NCBI GenBank assembly: GCA_051747965.1
Contig: JBNJGS010000006.1
Location: 178-64,177 of the forward strand
Direction: 5' to 3'
Length of the DNA stretch: 64,000 nucleotides
DNA from: Bacteroidota bacterium
GTDB lineage: Bacteria; Bacteroidota; Bacteroidia; Bacteroidales; ML635J-15
Shown: positions 27,661-37,956 of the stretch, one piece after another
Position numbering within the stretch: the stretch's first letter is position 1
Layout: each line of letters starts with the position of its first letter
Program-made: the position numbers and the translations under genes
The notes under the pieces: generated by a model
Told to the model about the DNA's origin: nothing
Database searches by the model: none
The model's input: the letters and a program-made list of their open reading frames with translations, nothing else

Positions 27661-28153
27661 GATCAAACTGTTAAAAGAAGACATCACAAAAATGAAAACC
27701 GACGCCATTGTCAATGCGGCCAATGAAAGTCTGCAAGGCGGTGGCGGAGTTGACGGCGCCATACACAGGGCTGCCGGTCCGGAATTACCCGAAGCCACCA
27801 AAAAAATCGGCGGATGTCCCACAGGAGAAGCCCGGATCACAAAAGGCTTCAAACTACCGGCAAAATATATCATTCATACGGTCGGTCCTGTTTGGCGCGG
27901 TGGCGGTAAAGGTGAAGAAGTTCTGCTGGCCTCTGCGTACAGGGAAAGCATGGTTCTTGCAGAAAAACACAGACTCAGCAGCATAGCTTTTCCCAACATC
28001 AGCACCGGTGTTTATGGTTTCCCCAAAGAAAAAGCTGCAAAAATTGCCATTGATACCGTGAGGGACTATATGGAAAACCATGACTATCCCGAAATAGTTT
28101 ATTTTGTGTGTTTTGATGATGAGAATTATGATATTTATCAAAAACTGCTTTGA
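27653..28153 (+). CDS. ymdB: macrodomain protein, O-acetyl-ADP-ribose deacetylase-like
   Basis: Start trimmed to ATG 27653 ([25 protein letters not shown]). [21 protein letters not shown] and [12 protein letters not shown] are MacroD/YmdB motifs. Overlaps the blc stop by 8 nt. Confidence 0.92.
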   Translation: MSKIKLLKEDITKMKTDAIVNAANESLQGGGGVDGAIHRAAGPELPEATKKIGGCPTGEARITKGFKLPAKYIIHTVGPVWRGGGKGEEVLLASAYRESMVLAEKHRLSSIAFPNISTGVYGFPKEKAAKIAIDTVRDYMENHDYPEIVYFVCFDDENYDIYQKLL

Positions 28154-28196
28154 GGCTAAGGTCTGATCAAGCTTATTTTATTCCCAGTCAGGGTTT

Positions 28197-29120
28197 TTAA
28201 GCAGCTTTTTTTTCGCTGGCTGCATATTCCATGGCCCATATACTTACAAATCCCGCAAGAATAATCACCACAGCCACAGCAAATTCGGCATTGATCTGTG
28301 GCAAGTACCACTCATAACCCACTGCTTTTATCTCTCCGTTGAATGTCTCGTTTATCACATTTTTCCAGGGCCAGAGGATCCCAAGGGATCCCATGATAAA
28401 CCCGGAAAGCAGGGCAATTGTCTGATTTCGGTATTTTTTAAATACCCATGAAAGTATCCATGAAAATGCCAAAATACCAATGCCTGCTCCAAGTACAGTG
28501 GGAATAAGAATATCCATTCGCAAGTTATTGACAGCATCAATCATGATGAGCTGATAATTGCCCATCAGGATGAGTACAAAAGAACCGGAAAGTCCGGGAA
28601 GTATCATACTGCATGCTGCCACCATTCCGCAAATCATCACATACCAGACAGCAGAATTGCCGGTAGCAGGGGTCAGTAAAGATATGCTTATTGCTGCAGC
28701 AGTTCCAATAATAAAATTCAAAACCACTGCCCAGTTCCATTTTTCTATTCGCCTTGCGACAAAATAAACAGATGCCATCACCAATCCAAAGAAAAATGCC
28801 CATATATGTATGGGATAATGCTCAAAAAGATAGTCAAACAGTTTGGCAATTGTCAGTATGGCAAATGCGATTCCAAACAGAACAAAGCCAAGAAAGAAGA
28901 AATCAACATGACGTGCAAATCCTTTAAAATTCCCTTTCAGCAATAGTTTTAACGCCTGAAGGTTAAAAGATTTGATTGCATTGATCAATCGTTCAAAAAT
29001 GCCTGTAATCAGGGCGATGGTTCCTCCGGATACACCCGGAATAACATTGGCAGCCCCCATTGCCATTCCTTTCAGGGAGAAATTGATTGCATCTTTTACT
29101 GAATGTTTCATACGGCACAA
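28197..29120 (-). CDS. DUF368 family membrane protein (PopT-type polyprenyl-phosphate transporter family)
   Basis: 307 aa, polytopic. The repeated (I/L)PG(V/L)SGG/S motif (ANVIPGVSGGTIALITG and MILPGLSGSFVL) is the DUF368 hallmark. Confidence 0.85.
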   Translation of the reverse strand: MCRMKHSVKDAINFSLKGMAMGAANVIPGVSGGTIALITGIFERLINAIKSFNLQALKLLLKGNFKGFARHVDFFFLGFVLFGIAFAILTIAKLFDYLFEHYPIHIWAFFFGLVMASVYFVARRIEKWNWAVVLNFIIGTAAAISISLLTPATGNSAVWYVMICGMVAACSMILPGLSGSFVLILMGNYQLIMIDAVNNLRMDILIPTVLGAGIGILAFSWILSWVFKKYRNQTIALLSGFIMGSLGILWPWKNVINETFNGEIKAVGYEWYLPQINAEFAVAVVIILAGFVSIWAMEYAASEKKAA

Positions 29121-29135
29121 TATTAGCCGGCAATA

Positions 29136-30548
29136 TTAGGAATTTTTCCTTAAAAGGTCACGCAATTCTTCGAGATATTGGGCTTTGGGATAGAATTCAA
29201 AAAAATCACTGGAGGCTTCTTTGTTAAGTTCCACAGCTTTTGTAAAATAAGAAATGGCATTGAGTTTATCTTCAACTTCAAGGTGATAAGCAGCCAGTCT
29301 GTATTTTATCTGAGCCGTATCATGATTGTATGTTTCGCCACGCATGAGAAGTTCAATGGCACGCTCAACTTTTCCGGTAGAAAATTCCATATCAGCATAA
29401 GAAAGCCAGAAATCAGGATCGTAAGGATACAATTGCAGGGCTTTTTCAAAAGCATGTTCCGCATCCTCATCAAAGCCCATCTTTTGAGATGCCATACCCA
29501 GTGAATACCAGTAATCAGGGTTATACGGAGCATGGTTCAAGGCCGTTTTCAGATAATAAATGCTTTCAAGAAAGGCAGCATGGTCGAATTTCAACAGGCT
29601 CATTCCATAATATGTATCAGAAAACTCTGCATCAATTTCCTGAGATTTTTCGAAGCATTCCATGGCTTTATCAGCATCACCGGATTTGCGGTAAGCTTCA
29701 CCCATTTCATAATAAATCTCTGCATCACCGTCCTCATGCTGCAACAATATTTCATATTGGGCTACGGCCTCCTCATATTCATCGAGATTAGCCAGACACT
29801 GAGCCTTACCGTGGATTGCAGGAATATAATCAGGCTTGATTGTAAGGGCATAGTCAAATGCTTCAAGTGCTTCGGAGCAATCATCCTGATTGTTATAATT
29901 CACGCCCAGGTTATACCATGCAGACTCTGAAAAGGGATTAAGATTCAGATACTTGTGATAATACTTGACACTCAGCTTATTATTGCCCGCTTTTTCGTGA
30001 CAGTATGCCAGGTCATAGAGTAATTCGGGATCCCTGCCGCCGGAAGCTTTATAGGCTTTTTCGAAATAGCGTACAGCAGATGTAAACTGACGTGCAGTTT
30101 CAAATGTTGTTGCAATGGTATAAAACATTTCGTCGGCTTCCTCACCAGCCATTTCTATGGCTTTATTGAAATGTAATTCTGCCTTGTCAAACTGTTTGTT
30201 GAATACCAGTATCATACCTTTAAGGAGAGAAACCTCAGATCTGGAGGGCTCAATGGCTTCCACAACTTTCAGCATATTCCAGGCTGCGGTAATTTTTCCG
30301 TCAGAAAAAAGATATTTTGCCTTTCGGATTTTGATTCCCACTGCGTCGGGATGCATCTTATCAGCCAGCATAAGCAATGCTTTGACCTCCTTTGTTTCAT
30401 TTTGATCAAGGAACTGGTCAAGCAAAACTTCCAACTCGCTGACTTCAAAATATTGCATAGCTTTGCCACCTTGTTTAAAGGCTTCATACTTCTGATTCAG
30501 CTCGTTAAATTCGTCCGGTAATAAAAAACCGAAATTTCCCTCACTCAT
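29136..30548 (-). CDS. tetratricopeptide (TPR) repeat protein
   Basis: 470 aa. Multiple 34-aa A..Y/F..AL...P repeats (for example AWYNLGVNYNNQDDCSEALEAFDYALTIKPDY). Confidence 0.8.
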   Translation of the reverse strand: MSEGNFGFLLPDEFNELNQKYEAFKQGGKAMQYFEVSELEVLLDQFLDQNETKEVKALLMLADKMHPDAVGIKIRKAKYLFSDGKITAAWNMLKVVEAIEPSRSEVSLLKGMILVFNKQFDKAELHFNKAIEMAGEEADEMFYTIATTFETARQFTSAVRYFEKAYKASGGRDPELLYDLAYCHEKAGNNKLSVKYYHKYLNLNPFSESAWYNLGVNYNNQDDCSEALEAFDYALTIKPDYIPAIHGKAQCLANLDEYEEAVAQYEILLQHEDGDAEIYYEMGEAYRKSGDADKAMECFEKSQEIDAEFSDTYYGMSLLKFDHAAFLESIYYLKTALNHAPYNPDYWYSLGMASQKMGFDEDAEHAFEKALQLYPYDPDFWLSYADMEFSTGKVERAIELLMRGETYNHDTAQIKYRLAAYHLEVEDKLNAISYFTKAVELNKEASSDFFEFYPKAQYLEELRDLLRKNS

Positions 30549-30609
30549 ACAATTACTACTCCTAAATTTCCATTACAAATGTAATCAAAATACAGATAAG
30601 TTGAAAACA

Positions 30610-31263
30610 TTATTTCAACAGTTTGATCACTTTTTCGGGATTTTCGCTTTTGAATACAGCAGAACCTGCCACAACAGCATCGACACCGGATTTTTGGAGT
30701 ATTTCCACATTGTCCGGAGAAACACCACCATCCACTTCAATGATCAGTTCCGGGTTTTTTTGGTCGGCCATTTCGCGCAATGCCTTGATTCTGTTGATAG
30801 TTTCGGGGATAAAGGACTGTCCTCCAAACCCGGGATTGACAGACATGATAAGAACCAAATCTATTTCGGGCAGAATGCTTTCAAGCAGATGCACAGGAGA
30901 ATGCGGATTTAAGGAAACACCGGCTTTCATTCCCGCCTGTTTTATTTCCTGAACACACCGGTGCAAATGTGTAACAGCTTCATAATGCACAGTGAGTATA
31001 TCGGCTCCGGCTTTTTGAAATTCCGTTACATAACGCTCGGGCTTTTCAATCATCAGATGAACGTCCAGTGGCTTTTCCGCCACAGATTTTATTTGTGAAA
31101 TGACAGGAAAGCCAAAGGTAATGTTTGGCACATACATGCCATCCATGATATCCAGGTGAATCCAGTCTGCCCGGCTTTTGTTGAGCATCCGGATTTCATC
31201 CCCGAGTTTCAGGAAATCCGCCGATAATAATGATGGTGATACAATCATTGTTTTTACTTGCAA
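30610..31263 (-). CDS. rpe: ribulose-phosphate 3-epimerase
   Basis: 217 aa. SPSLLSADF, HLDIMDG.(F/Y)VPN, MSVNPGFGGQ.F and VDGG motifs. Confidence 0.95.
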   Translation of the reverse strand: MQVKTMIVSPSLLSADFLKLGDEIRMLNKSRADWIHLDIMDGMYVPNITFGFPVISQIKSVAEKPLDVHLMIEKPERYVTEFQKAGADILTVHYEAVTHLHRCVQEIKQAGMKAGVSLNPHSPVHLLESILPEIDLVLIMSVNPGFGGQSFIPETINRIKALREMADQKNPELIIEVDGGVSPDNVEILQKSGVDAVVAGSAVFKSENPEKVIKLLK

Positions 31264-31293
31264 AGAAAAATAAAATCCCGGTATTTCCGGGAT

Positions 31294-32160
31294 TTATTTG
31301 AGATAAGATTTCAGGTTTTTGTGTCTGGATGATTGTTTCAGCCGCCGGATGCAGGATTCTTTAAGCTGCCGGACCCGCTCCCTGGTCAGACCATAAATCT
31401 CACCAATTTCCTCAAGAGAGTGGGCATAATATCCATTCAACCCATAATACATTTTGATGATTTCGGCTTCTCTTTTGTTGAGTATGCTAAGCGTCCGGTT
31501 TATCTCTTTATTGAGTGATTCCTGCATAAGCTCATCATCCGGTGGCACATTGTCTTCGGACTCCATGAGATCTTCCATGGTACCTTCATCGCCATCATCT
31601 CCAATGGGCTTATTCATTGACAGTTTGCGATTTACATTTCTCATATGCTCTTTCACATCACCCAGTCCCATTTGCATAAGATGGGCTATTTCCTCATCGG
31701 TAGGCTCACGCTGAAATTCCTGTTCAAGTTCGATTTTTGCTGAATTGATTTTCTGAATGGTACCGATTTTGTTCAATGGCAGGCGAATCAGGCGTCCCTG
31801 CACAGCCAAAGCATGTAGTATTGATTGTCTGATCCACCATACAGCATAAGAAATAAACTTGAAGCCACGGGTTTCATCAAATCGTTGTGCCGCCTTGATG
31901 AGACCAAGATTTCCCTCATTAACGAGGTCTTGCAGGCTCAAGCCCTGGTTCTGATATTGCTTAGCAACAGATACAACAAAGCGCAAATTGGCATGCACCA
32001 ACTTGTCCAGAGCCTTTTTATCACCCTGCTTGATTCTCTTGGCCAGTTCGATTTCTTCATCAGGGGAGATCATATCCATTTTTCCAATCTCCTGAAGATA
32101 TCTCTCAAAGGCCGGAGTATCGCGGTTTGTTATTTGCTTTGTTATTTTTAATTGCCTCAT
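31294..32160 (-). CDS. rpoD: primary RNA polymerase sigma factor (Bacteroidota sigma-A type)
   Basis: 288 aa. Region 2 (NLRFVVSVAKQYQNQGLSLQDLVNEGNLGLIKAAQRFD, FISYAVWWIRQ) and region 4 (LTRERVRQLKE). Confidence 0.93.
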   Translation of the reverse strand: MRQLKITKQITNRDTPAFERYLQEIGKMDMISPDEEIELAKRIKQGDKKALDKLVHANLRFVVSVAKQYQNQGLSLQDLVNEGNLGLIKAAQRFDETRGFKFISYAVWWIRQSILHALAVQGRLIRLPLNKIGTIQKINSAKIELEQEFQREPTDEEIAHLMQMGLGDVKEHMRNVNRKLSMNKPIGDDGDEGTMEDLMESEDNVPPDDELMQESLNKEINRTLSILNKREAEIIKMYYGLNGYYAHSLEEIGEIYGLTRERVRQLKESCIRRLKQSSRHKNLKSYLK

Positions 32161-32320
32161 TTTTTTATTCCTTCCTCTTAATGATATGCATTAAGCATTG
32201 TTTTCTTTCTTCTTATACGTAGACGTTCATTTTATTGTTTTGGTTGCCTAATGTTAACAATATAAGCATCTATTTTGTTGCAAGGATTGAAATATTAAGG
32301 CAATAATGTTGATAACTTAC

Positions 32321-32351
32321 TTTGTTACAACAAAAATTATTCGTATATTTG
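32321..32351 (+). promoter_or_regulatory. candidate Bacteroidota promoter for rho (TTTG-N19-TATATTTG)
   Basis: TTTG at 32321-32324 and TATATTTG (TAnnTTTG consensus) at 32344-32351, with a 19-nt spacer. Implies a 5' leader of about 120 nt before the rho ATG. Confidence 0.5.
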
Positions 32352-32478
32352 CCGCACATTCAATAAAACAACAATAAAGGATATTCTTTTATATCCCTTA
32401 AAAACACTCTAAAATTTTCTGACATTATAGTGTAAAGCGCAAAAAAATGCGAAATAGTTAATTTAATTAAAACAATAC

Positions 32479-34329
32479 ATGTACGACATTCTCGATTTAA
32501 ATCAGAAGAAACTTCCTGAACTGAGACTAATAGCAAAACGATTAAATGTTAAACGGTTAAATTCCTACCGAAAAAAGGAACTTGTTTATGCTATCCTTGA
32601 TGCCCAGGCCATCGAAGAGTCTCAAAACAACAACAAGGAGAAAACCCAGGACAATAAAGGTGATAAAAAGGACAACCGAAATGAGAAATCCCGCAAATCA
32701 CCCCGGCCCCGTAAGCGCAGTGAAAAAGTAGCTACAGCCGATCCCGAAAAGAACAAGATCACTTTTGACAAACCCAGGGACAATGCAGGGGAAGAAAACA
32801 AAACCGAAGGTTCTGTTGCAGACAAAGATTCAGGTAAAAATGTATCAGGTGAACAAAACAAGCAGGAGCAAACCTCCCGCTCACACCGCAAACACCGCAG
32901 GCACGAGTCTCAACCGGCTCCAAAGCCGCAGCAAAAACCTGCAAAATCATCTCCAGCTCAGGAATCTAAGAGAGCCGACAAACCGGTGGTAAAAGAACAA
33001 GAGAAAAACAAAGCACCAAGGCCGCAAAGACCAGAGCCCCCGAAAAATGTTGAGAAAAAGCCGCAGCAGGAACAATCGGCTCAGTCTCCTGACAAAAGCA
33101 AAAATCCACAGCATGACAAACGCAATGGTGGGCATAGCAATATTAACAACCAGCAAAGACATCAAAAGAACAGCAAAGACAAGCGAAATGACAATACGCC
33201 CTTTGATTTCAGCGGCCTGATAACAAGCACAGGTGTTCTGGAAATCATGCCGGACGGCTTTGGTTTCTTACGTTCATCAGACTTTAATTATCTGAGCAGC
33301 CCCGATGATATTTATGTTTCCCAATCTCAAATCAAGCTTTTTGGATTGAAAACAGGAGATACCATCGAAGGCACCATCCGTCCGCCGAAAGAAGGAGAAA
33401 AGTTTTTTCCGCTCATCAAAATCAAGAGCATAAACGGGCGCACACCTGAATTTGTCAGAGACCGTATCCCGTTCGACCACCTGACACCAATTTTCCCGGA
33501 TAAAAAATTCAACATCCTCGGTAAAGGACAGGATAGTCTGAGTACCCGTATTGTTGACCTCTTCTCTCCCATTGGTAAAGGACAACGTGGCCTGATTGTT
33601 TCACAACCGAAAACAGGAAAAACAGTTCTTCTGCAGCAAATTGCCAATGCCATCGCAACAAATCACCCTGAAGTGTATCTGATGATCCTTTTGGTTGATG
33701 AGCGCCCTGAAGAGGTAACTGACATGGCCAGAAATGTGAATGCTGAAGTTGTTTCTTCCACCTTTGATGAACCGGCAGAACGACATGTAAAAGTGTCAAA
33801 TATCGTACTGGAAAAAGCCAAACGCATGGTAGAATGCGGACATGATGTTGTCATCCTGCTCGATTCAATCACCCGCCTGGCCAGGGCACACAATACCGTT
33901 GCACCAGCATCGGGCCGTGTACTCTCAGGTGGTGTGGATGCAAATGCATTGCACAAACCCAAACGTTTCTTTGGCGCAGCCAGAAACATTGAAAAAGGCG
34001 GATCACTTACCATACTGGCCACTGCTCTGACTGAGACAGGCTCCAAAATGGATGATGTTATCTTCGAAGAGTTTAAAGGAACAGGTAATATGGAATTGCA
34101 GCTTGACCGCAAACTTTCAAACCGCAGAATTTACCCATCACTCGATATTACAGCCTCCAGCACACGTCGCGAAGACCTGCTGCACTCCAAAGAGTTGCTG
34201 AACAGAATCTGGGTACTGCGCAAATTCCTCTCCGATATGACATCTATGGAAGCCATGAACTTCATGAGACAGCGTTTACCACAAACAAAATCAAACGAAG
34301 AGTTTCTTGCTACCATGGACAAAGGATAA
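32479..34329 (+). CDS. rho: transcription termination factor Rho with an N-terminal intrinsically disordered insertion of about 195 aa
   Basis: 616 aa. Colinear with E. coli Rho: [65 protein letters not shown]. Residues about 47-241 are a K/Q/N/E/P/S/R-rich insert. Confidence 0.96.
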   Translation: MYDILDLNQKKLPELRLIAKRLNVKRLNSYRKKELVYAILDAQAIEESQNNNKEKTQDNKGDKKDNRNEKSRKSPRPRKRSEKVATADPEKNKITFDKPRDNAGEENKTEGSVADKDSGKNVSGEQNKQEQTSRSHRKHRRHESQPAPKPQQKPAKSSPAQESKRADKPVVKEQEKNKAPRPQRPEPPKNVEKKPQQEQSAQSPDKSKNPQHDKRNGGHSNINNQQRHQKNSKDKRNDNTPFDFSGLITSTGVLEIMPDGFGFLRSSDFNYLSSPDDIYVSQSQIKLFGLKTGDTIEGTIRPPKEGEKFFPLIKIKSINGRTPEFVRDRIPFDHLTPIFPDKKFNILGKGQDSLSTRIVDLFSPIGKGQRGLIVSQPKTGKTVLLQQIANAIATNHPEVYLMILLVDERPEEVTDMARNVNAEVVSSTFDEPAERHVKVSNIVLEKAKRMVECGHDVVILLDSITRLARAHNTVAPASGRVLSGGVDANALHKPKRFFGAARNIEKGGSLTILATALTETGSKMDDVIFEEFKGTGNMELQLDRKLSNRRIYPSLDITASSTRREDLLHSKELLNRIWVLRKFLSDMTSMEAMNFMRQRLPQTKSNEEFLATMDKG

Positions 34330-34354
34330 GAACAAACAAAAAATATCATTTATC

Positions 34355-34388
34355 AAAACCCGGGGCAATGTCTCCGGGTTTTGTTTTT
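34355..34388 (+). terminator. rho-independent terminator after rho
   Basis: AAAACCCGG (34355-63) pairs with CCGGGTTTT (34374-82) and is followed by TGTTTTT. Confidence 0.7.
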
Positions 34389-34529
34389 CCACCCCATGAT
34401 GCCACATAGTCTACTATGCTTCAGTTATTTGCACGCATCACTCCCACAAATACAGCTACGCCTGACATGATGAATTTTTGCCATGTGGCAAATTCTTCGT
34501 ATATTTTGTCAGAACCAATCCGGAAAATC

Positions 34530-35999
34530 ATGAAAAACTTTAAAGCAAAGCCAAATTATTTTGCAGTCTGTTGCCTGATTTTGATAAGCGTGCTTTTCCC
34601 GGCATGCAATAACGACAATGAATCAAAAAGATCATCCCGAAAGCAGGATGCTACCAACGGACAAATGACTCCCCGCGACCTTGATGAAATCAAAGAAGAC
34701 GGAAAACTGGTGGCCCTGACTACATTCAGCAACACAAGTTATTTTCTGTATCGCGGCCAGACCATGGGTTTTGAATATGAGTTACTTAAACGTTATGCTG
34801 ATTATCTGGACGTAGAGCTTGAAATAAAAGTTTCTCACAGTATTGACAGTTTACTGCCAAAAATTCAAAACGGGGAAGCAGACATACTTGCTCACGGTAT
34901 GACAATCACCTCCGACAGAAAAAACAAAGTGGATTTTACCGATTACCTGTTTCTGACACATCAGGTGCTTGTACAAAAGAAACCGGACAACTGGCGGCAA
35001 ATGCACTGGAGTGAGATTGACAAAGCTCTCATACATGACGCCATTGAACTCATCGGTGACACGGTTTCGATCAGGAAAAATTCGTCCTATTTTAAACGCA
35101 TACAAAACCTGTCAAAAGAAATCGGCGGTAAAATACATATCGACACCCTTCCCGGAGATCTTTCTACGGATGAAATCATCCAAATGGTATCAGAGGGGAA
35201 AATCAAATACACCATTGCAGATGACAACATCGCCAGCATCATGGCATCTTATCTGCCGGTCTTGAACATAGAAGTGCCCGTGAGTTTTTCACAACGCATC
35301 AGCTGGGCTGTCAACCAGTCATCTGAAAACTTGCTGGCAGAAACCAATGAGTGGTTAAAACAAATGAAGGATGAAGTTGATTATTATGTGATATACAATA
35401 AATACTTTAAAAACCGCAGCAGATTCAAGACCCGTGTTGAGAGTGAATTTTACAGTCTCAACAACAACAAAATCAGCAGATACGATGAAACAATCCAAAA
35501 ATATGCACAGCAGATTGGCTGGGACTGGCGTCTTTTGGCTTCCCAGATATATCAGGAATCTCAATTTGATCCAGTGGCACGATCATGGGCAGGTGCACAG
35601 GGCCTGATGCAGATTATGCCAGCAACAGCCAGGGAACTTGGCGTGATAAATGTTTACAATCCCGAACAAAGCATCAAAGGCGGCACAAAATATCTGGATC
35701 AAATCTACCACCGCTTTGATGAAATAGAAGACAGCATTCAGCGCATCAAATTCACCCTGGCATCATACAACTGCGGCTACGGTCACGTTCTGGATGCACA
35801 GGAACTGGCGAAATTTCAAAACCTGAAGGATGATATCTGGGATGACAATGTCGAAAAGATGATACTGAAGTTATCCAACCCACAATACTACAATTTACCC
35901 ATCATAAAATATGGATATGTGCGTGGCATGGAACCCTATCTGTATGTTGATCATATTTTCAAGCGCTATGTACATTACCGTCAATTTATTAAGAATTAG
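34530..35999 (+). CDS. mltF: membrane-bound lytic murein transglycosylase F-like (SBP_bac_3 + SLT domains)
   Basis: Start trimmed to ATG 34530 (MKNFKAKPNYFAVCCLILISVLFPAC, lipobox). N-terminal solute-binding-like domain. SLT motifs IYQESQFDP, GLMQIMPATA and AYN.G. Confidence 0.85.
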   Translation: MKNFKAKPNYFAVCCLILISVLFPACNNDNESKRSSRKQDATNGQMTPRDLDEIKEDGKLVALTTFSNTSYFLYRGQTMGFEYELLKRYADYLDVELEIKVSHSIDSLLPKIQNGEADILAHGMTITSDRKNKVDFTDYLFLTHQVLVQKKPDNWRQMHWSEIDKALIHDAIELIGDTVSIRKNSSYFKRIQNLSKEIGGKIHIDTLPGDLSTDEIIQMVSEGKIKYTIADDNIASIMASYLPVLNIEVPVSFSQRISWAVNQSSENLLAETNEWLKQMKDEVDYYVIYNKYFKNRSRFKTRVESEFYSLNNNKISRYDETIQKYAQQIGWDWRLLASQIYQESQFDPVARSWAGAQGLMQIMPATARELGVINVYNPEQSIKGGTKYLDQIYHRFDEIEDSIQRIKFTLASYNCGYGHVLDAQELAKFQNLKDDIWDDNVEKMILKLSNPQYYNLPIIKYGYVRGMEPYLYVDHIFKRYVHYRQFIKN

Positions 36000-36030
36000 C
36001 AATTAAGCGGTAAAACAGAAGAAATAAATT

Positions 36031-37404
36031 TCAGTATTCCAGGATTTTCAGGCGTTTTGCATATTTATCCAGGTATTGTCTGATGATTACCTGTACATCT
36101 TTGTTATCAGGGAATGGTTTGATACAATCCAGAATCTCCTCCTGCCTTTCGGCAAGCACACGGTTGATGTACCCATACCCAACATACCTGCCCTGCTGAA
36201 GTTGCACAACGCCAAGCTCTTCATCGTTGCGCCCCCGTTCAACCAACAACAAATTGCTTTCCACGACACTGTATTTCCGCAGCAGTTTCTTCACTCTCTT
36301 ATTGTATTCATCCGGGGCTTCTTTGCCGATACATGCCCCCTTGCACTCACCCAAACCATGACCAAAACATGCTCCTGCAGATTCGTACAAGCCACAGAGT
36401 TTCTGACACAGCGTAAAATTTTCAGTCCATCTGAATAGTGTTGCTTTGGCAGATTTCATAGAAGTAAAACAAAGAACAGGGGTCTCATCTGTTTCTGCAG
36501 TTCTGAGTAAACGCAACTGGAGATAATCACGCTCATCGCTATAAACATACAAACCGTATCTGCTCACTGAACGTCGCTGGGCACGATTAAACCGGGGTTT
36601 TTGCACCTTAATCTCGTGTGATTCTTTCAGCAGGGCAATCAATTCACTGCCTGTGATTTCATAATCAATATCTGCGATTTTAGATTTCATCTCCACTGCT
36701 CTGCCCGTATTTTCATTGTTCAGGTGGGTATGAACACGCTTATAAATATTGTTGCTCTTACCAATGTACAGTAAACTTCCTGAATCATCGTAAAAATAAT
36801 ACACACCTGTTTCTTCAGGAAGCGCCTTGACGCTTTCAATACGCAAGCCGGCATGCAAGCCACGGAAACCGGTACTTTCAACATGCAGACCACGATTTTC
36901 CAGAATGTCCTTTTTCCTGAGCCATGCAAAAAGATCAACTGTTGCACGTGCATCACCTGCTGCTCTATGCCTGTCGGTTATTTCTATGTTCAGATACTCG
37001 CTGAGGATATCAAGTTTATGCGAACTCAGTTCCGGCAACAATTTCCGGGATAATTTTACCGTATCAATGGTGTCGCGCTTGTAATCATATCCCAGTTGTC
37101 TGAATTCGTTTTTGATAAAATTGTAATCAAAATTTACATTATGGCCCACAACTACGGAATCTTCCGTGATTTCAATGATTTTCCTTGCAATCTCATAAAA
37201 ACAGGGAGCATCCTCGACCATTTCATTGGTAATACCTGTGAGTCCTGTGATAAAGGGTGGAATACGGCATTCCGGATTAACCAGGCTTTCAAATGAATCT
37301 GTGATTCTCTGCCCGTCATAAATATAAATGGCGATATCGGTGATTTTATCGCGCCGCGGACTTCCGCCTGTGGTTTCCACATCAAGGACAGCGTAACGTG
37401 TCAC
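36031..37404 (-). CDS. DnaQ-like 3'-5' exonuclease fused to GIY-YIG (UvrC/Cho-like) nuclease domain
   Basis: 457 aa with a GTG start. Exo motifs VLDVETTGG, GHNVNFDYNF and HRAAGDARAT. GIY-YIG motif GVYYFYDDSGSLLYIGKSNNIYKRVHTH ... E....P.FN. Confidence 0.85.
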   Translation of the reverse strand: MTRYAVLDVETTGGSPRRDKITDIAIYIYDGQRITDSFESLVNPECRIPPFITGLTGITNEMVEDAPCFYEIARKIIEITEDSVVVGHNVNFDYNFIKNEFRQLGYDYKRDTIDTVKLSRKLLPELSSHKLDILSEYLNIEITDRHRAAGDARATVDLFAWLRKKDILENRGLHVESTGFRGLHAGLRIESVKALPEETGVYYFYDDSGSLLYIGKSNNIYKRVHTHLNNENTGRAVEMKSKIADIDYEITGSELIALLKESHEIKVQKPRFNRAQRRSVSRYGLYVYSDERDYLQLRLLRTAETDETPVLCFTSMKSAKATLFRWTENFTLCQKLCGLYESAGACFGHGLGECKGACIGKEAPDEYNKRVKKLLRKYSVVESNLLLVERGRNDEELGVVQLQQGRYVGYGYINRVLAERQEEILDCIKPFPDNKDVQVIIRQYLDKYAKRLKILEY

Positions 37405-37730
37405 TTTTTCTTTGATTTTTTTGATTTTTTACCCCCGATTTGCTCTACATCAACATATGCAGGCCTGCGCATAAAAATCACCATAAGGGCACCTGCGATG
37501 CCGCCTGCAATGCCACCGTTCAAACCTGGTAAACCTGCGTATATCATAATCACATGAAGAACAAACAAGCCCACCAGAACAAAAAACGCAAGCTTAGCGA
37601 TATTCTTCCATTTGTATTGCACCCTAACCCGTGCACCACAATTCACACAATACATATCAGGCAAGCCCCTTCGCTTGACAAAAGGGCGTTTCAGCAGGTT
37701 ACCGCTGTGATGACAATTCGGACATTCCAT
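37401..37730 (-). CDS. small zinc-ribbon membrane protein (hypothetical)
   Basis: 109 aa. CPNC...CVNC zinc-ribbon pattern, two hydrophobic helices, lysine-rich tail. The stop overlaps the GTG start of the downstream nuclease (GTGA). Confidence 0.55.
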   Translation of the reverse strand: MECPNCHHSGNLLKRPFVKRRGLPDMYCVNCGARVRVQYKWKNIAKLAFFVLVGLFVLHVIMIYAGLPGLNGGIAGGIAGALMVIFMRRPAYVDVEQIGGKKSKKSKKK

Positions 37731-37956
37731 GAAGCAAAGTTAACATCTAATTCATTGTTTTCAAAAAATGTAAACACAAATACTGCTTCCGTTTTTCTGA
37801 CACCCTGCTGATAATCACCAACTCTATCGAAAAGGACAAAACCGGCATCATCATTTCCGGATAATGCGGGAAACATAGTTATTTGCTTAAACCATTTTCT
37901 TTCGGTATTGTTATGTAGTGGCACAGGTTTTGTTATCTTTAACGAAAGCTCAGATT

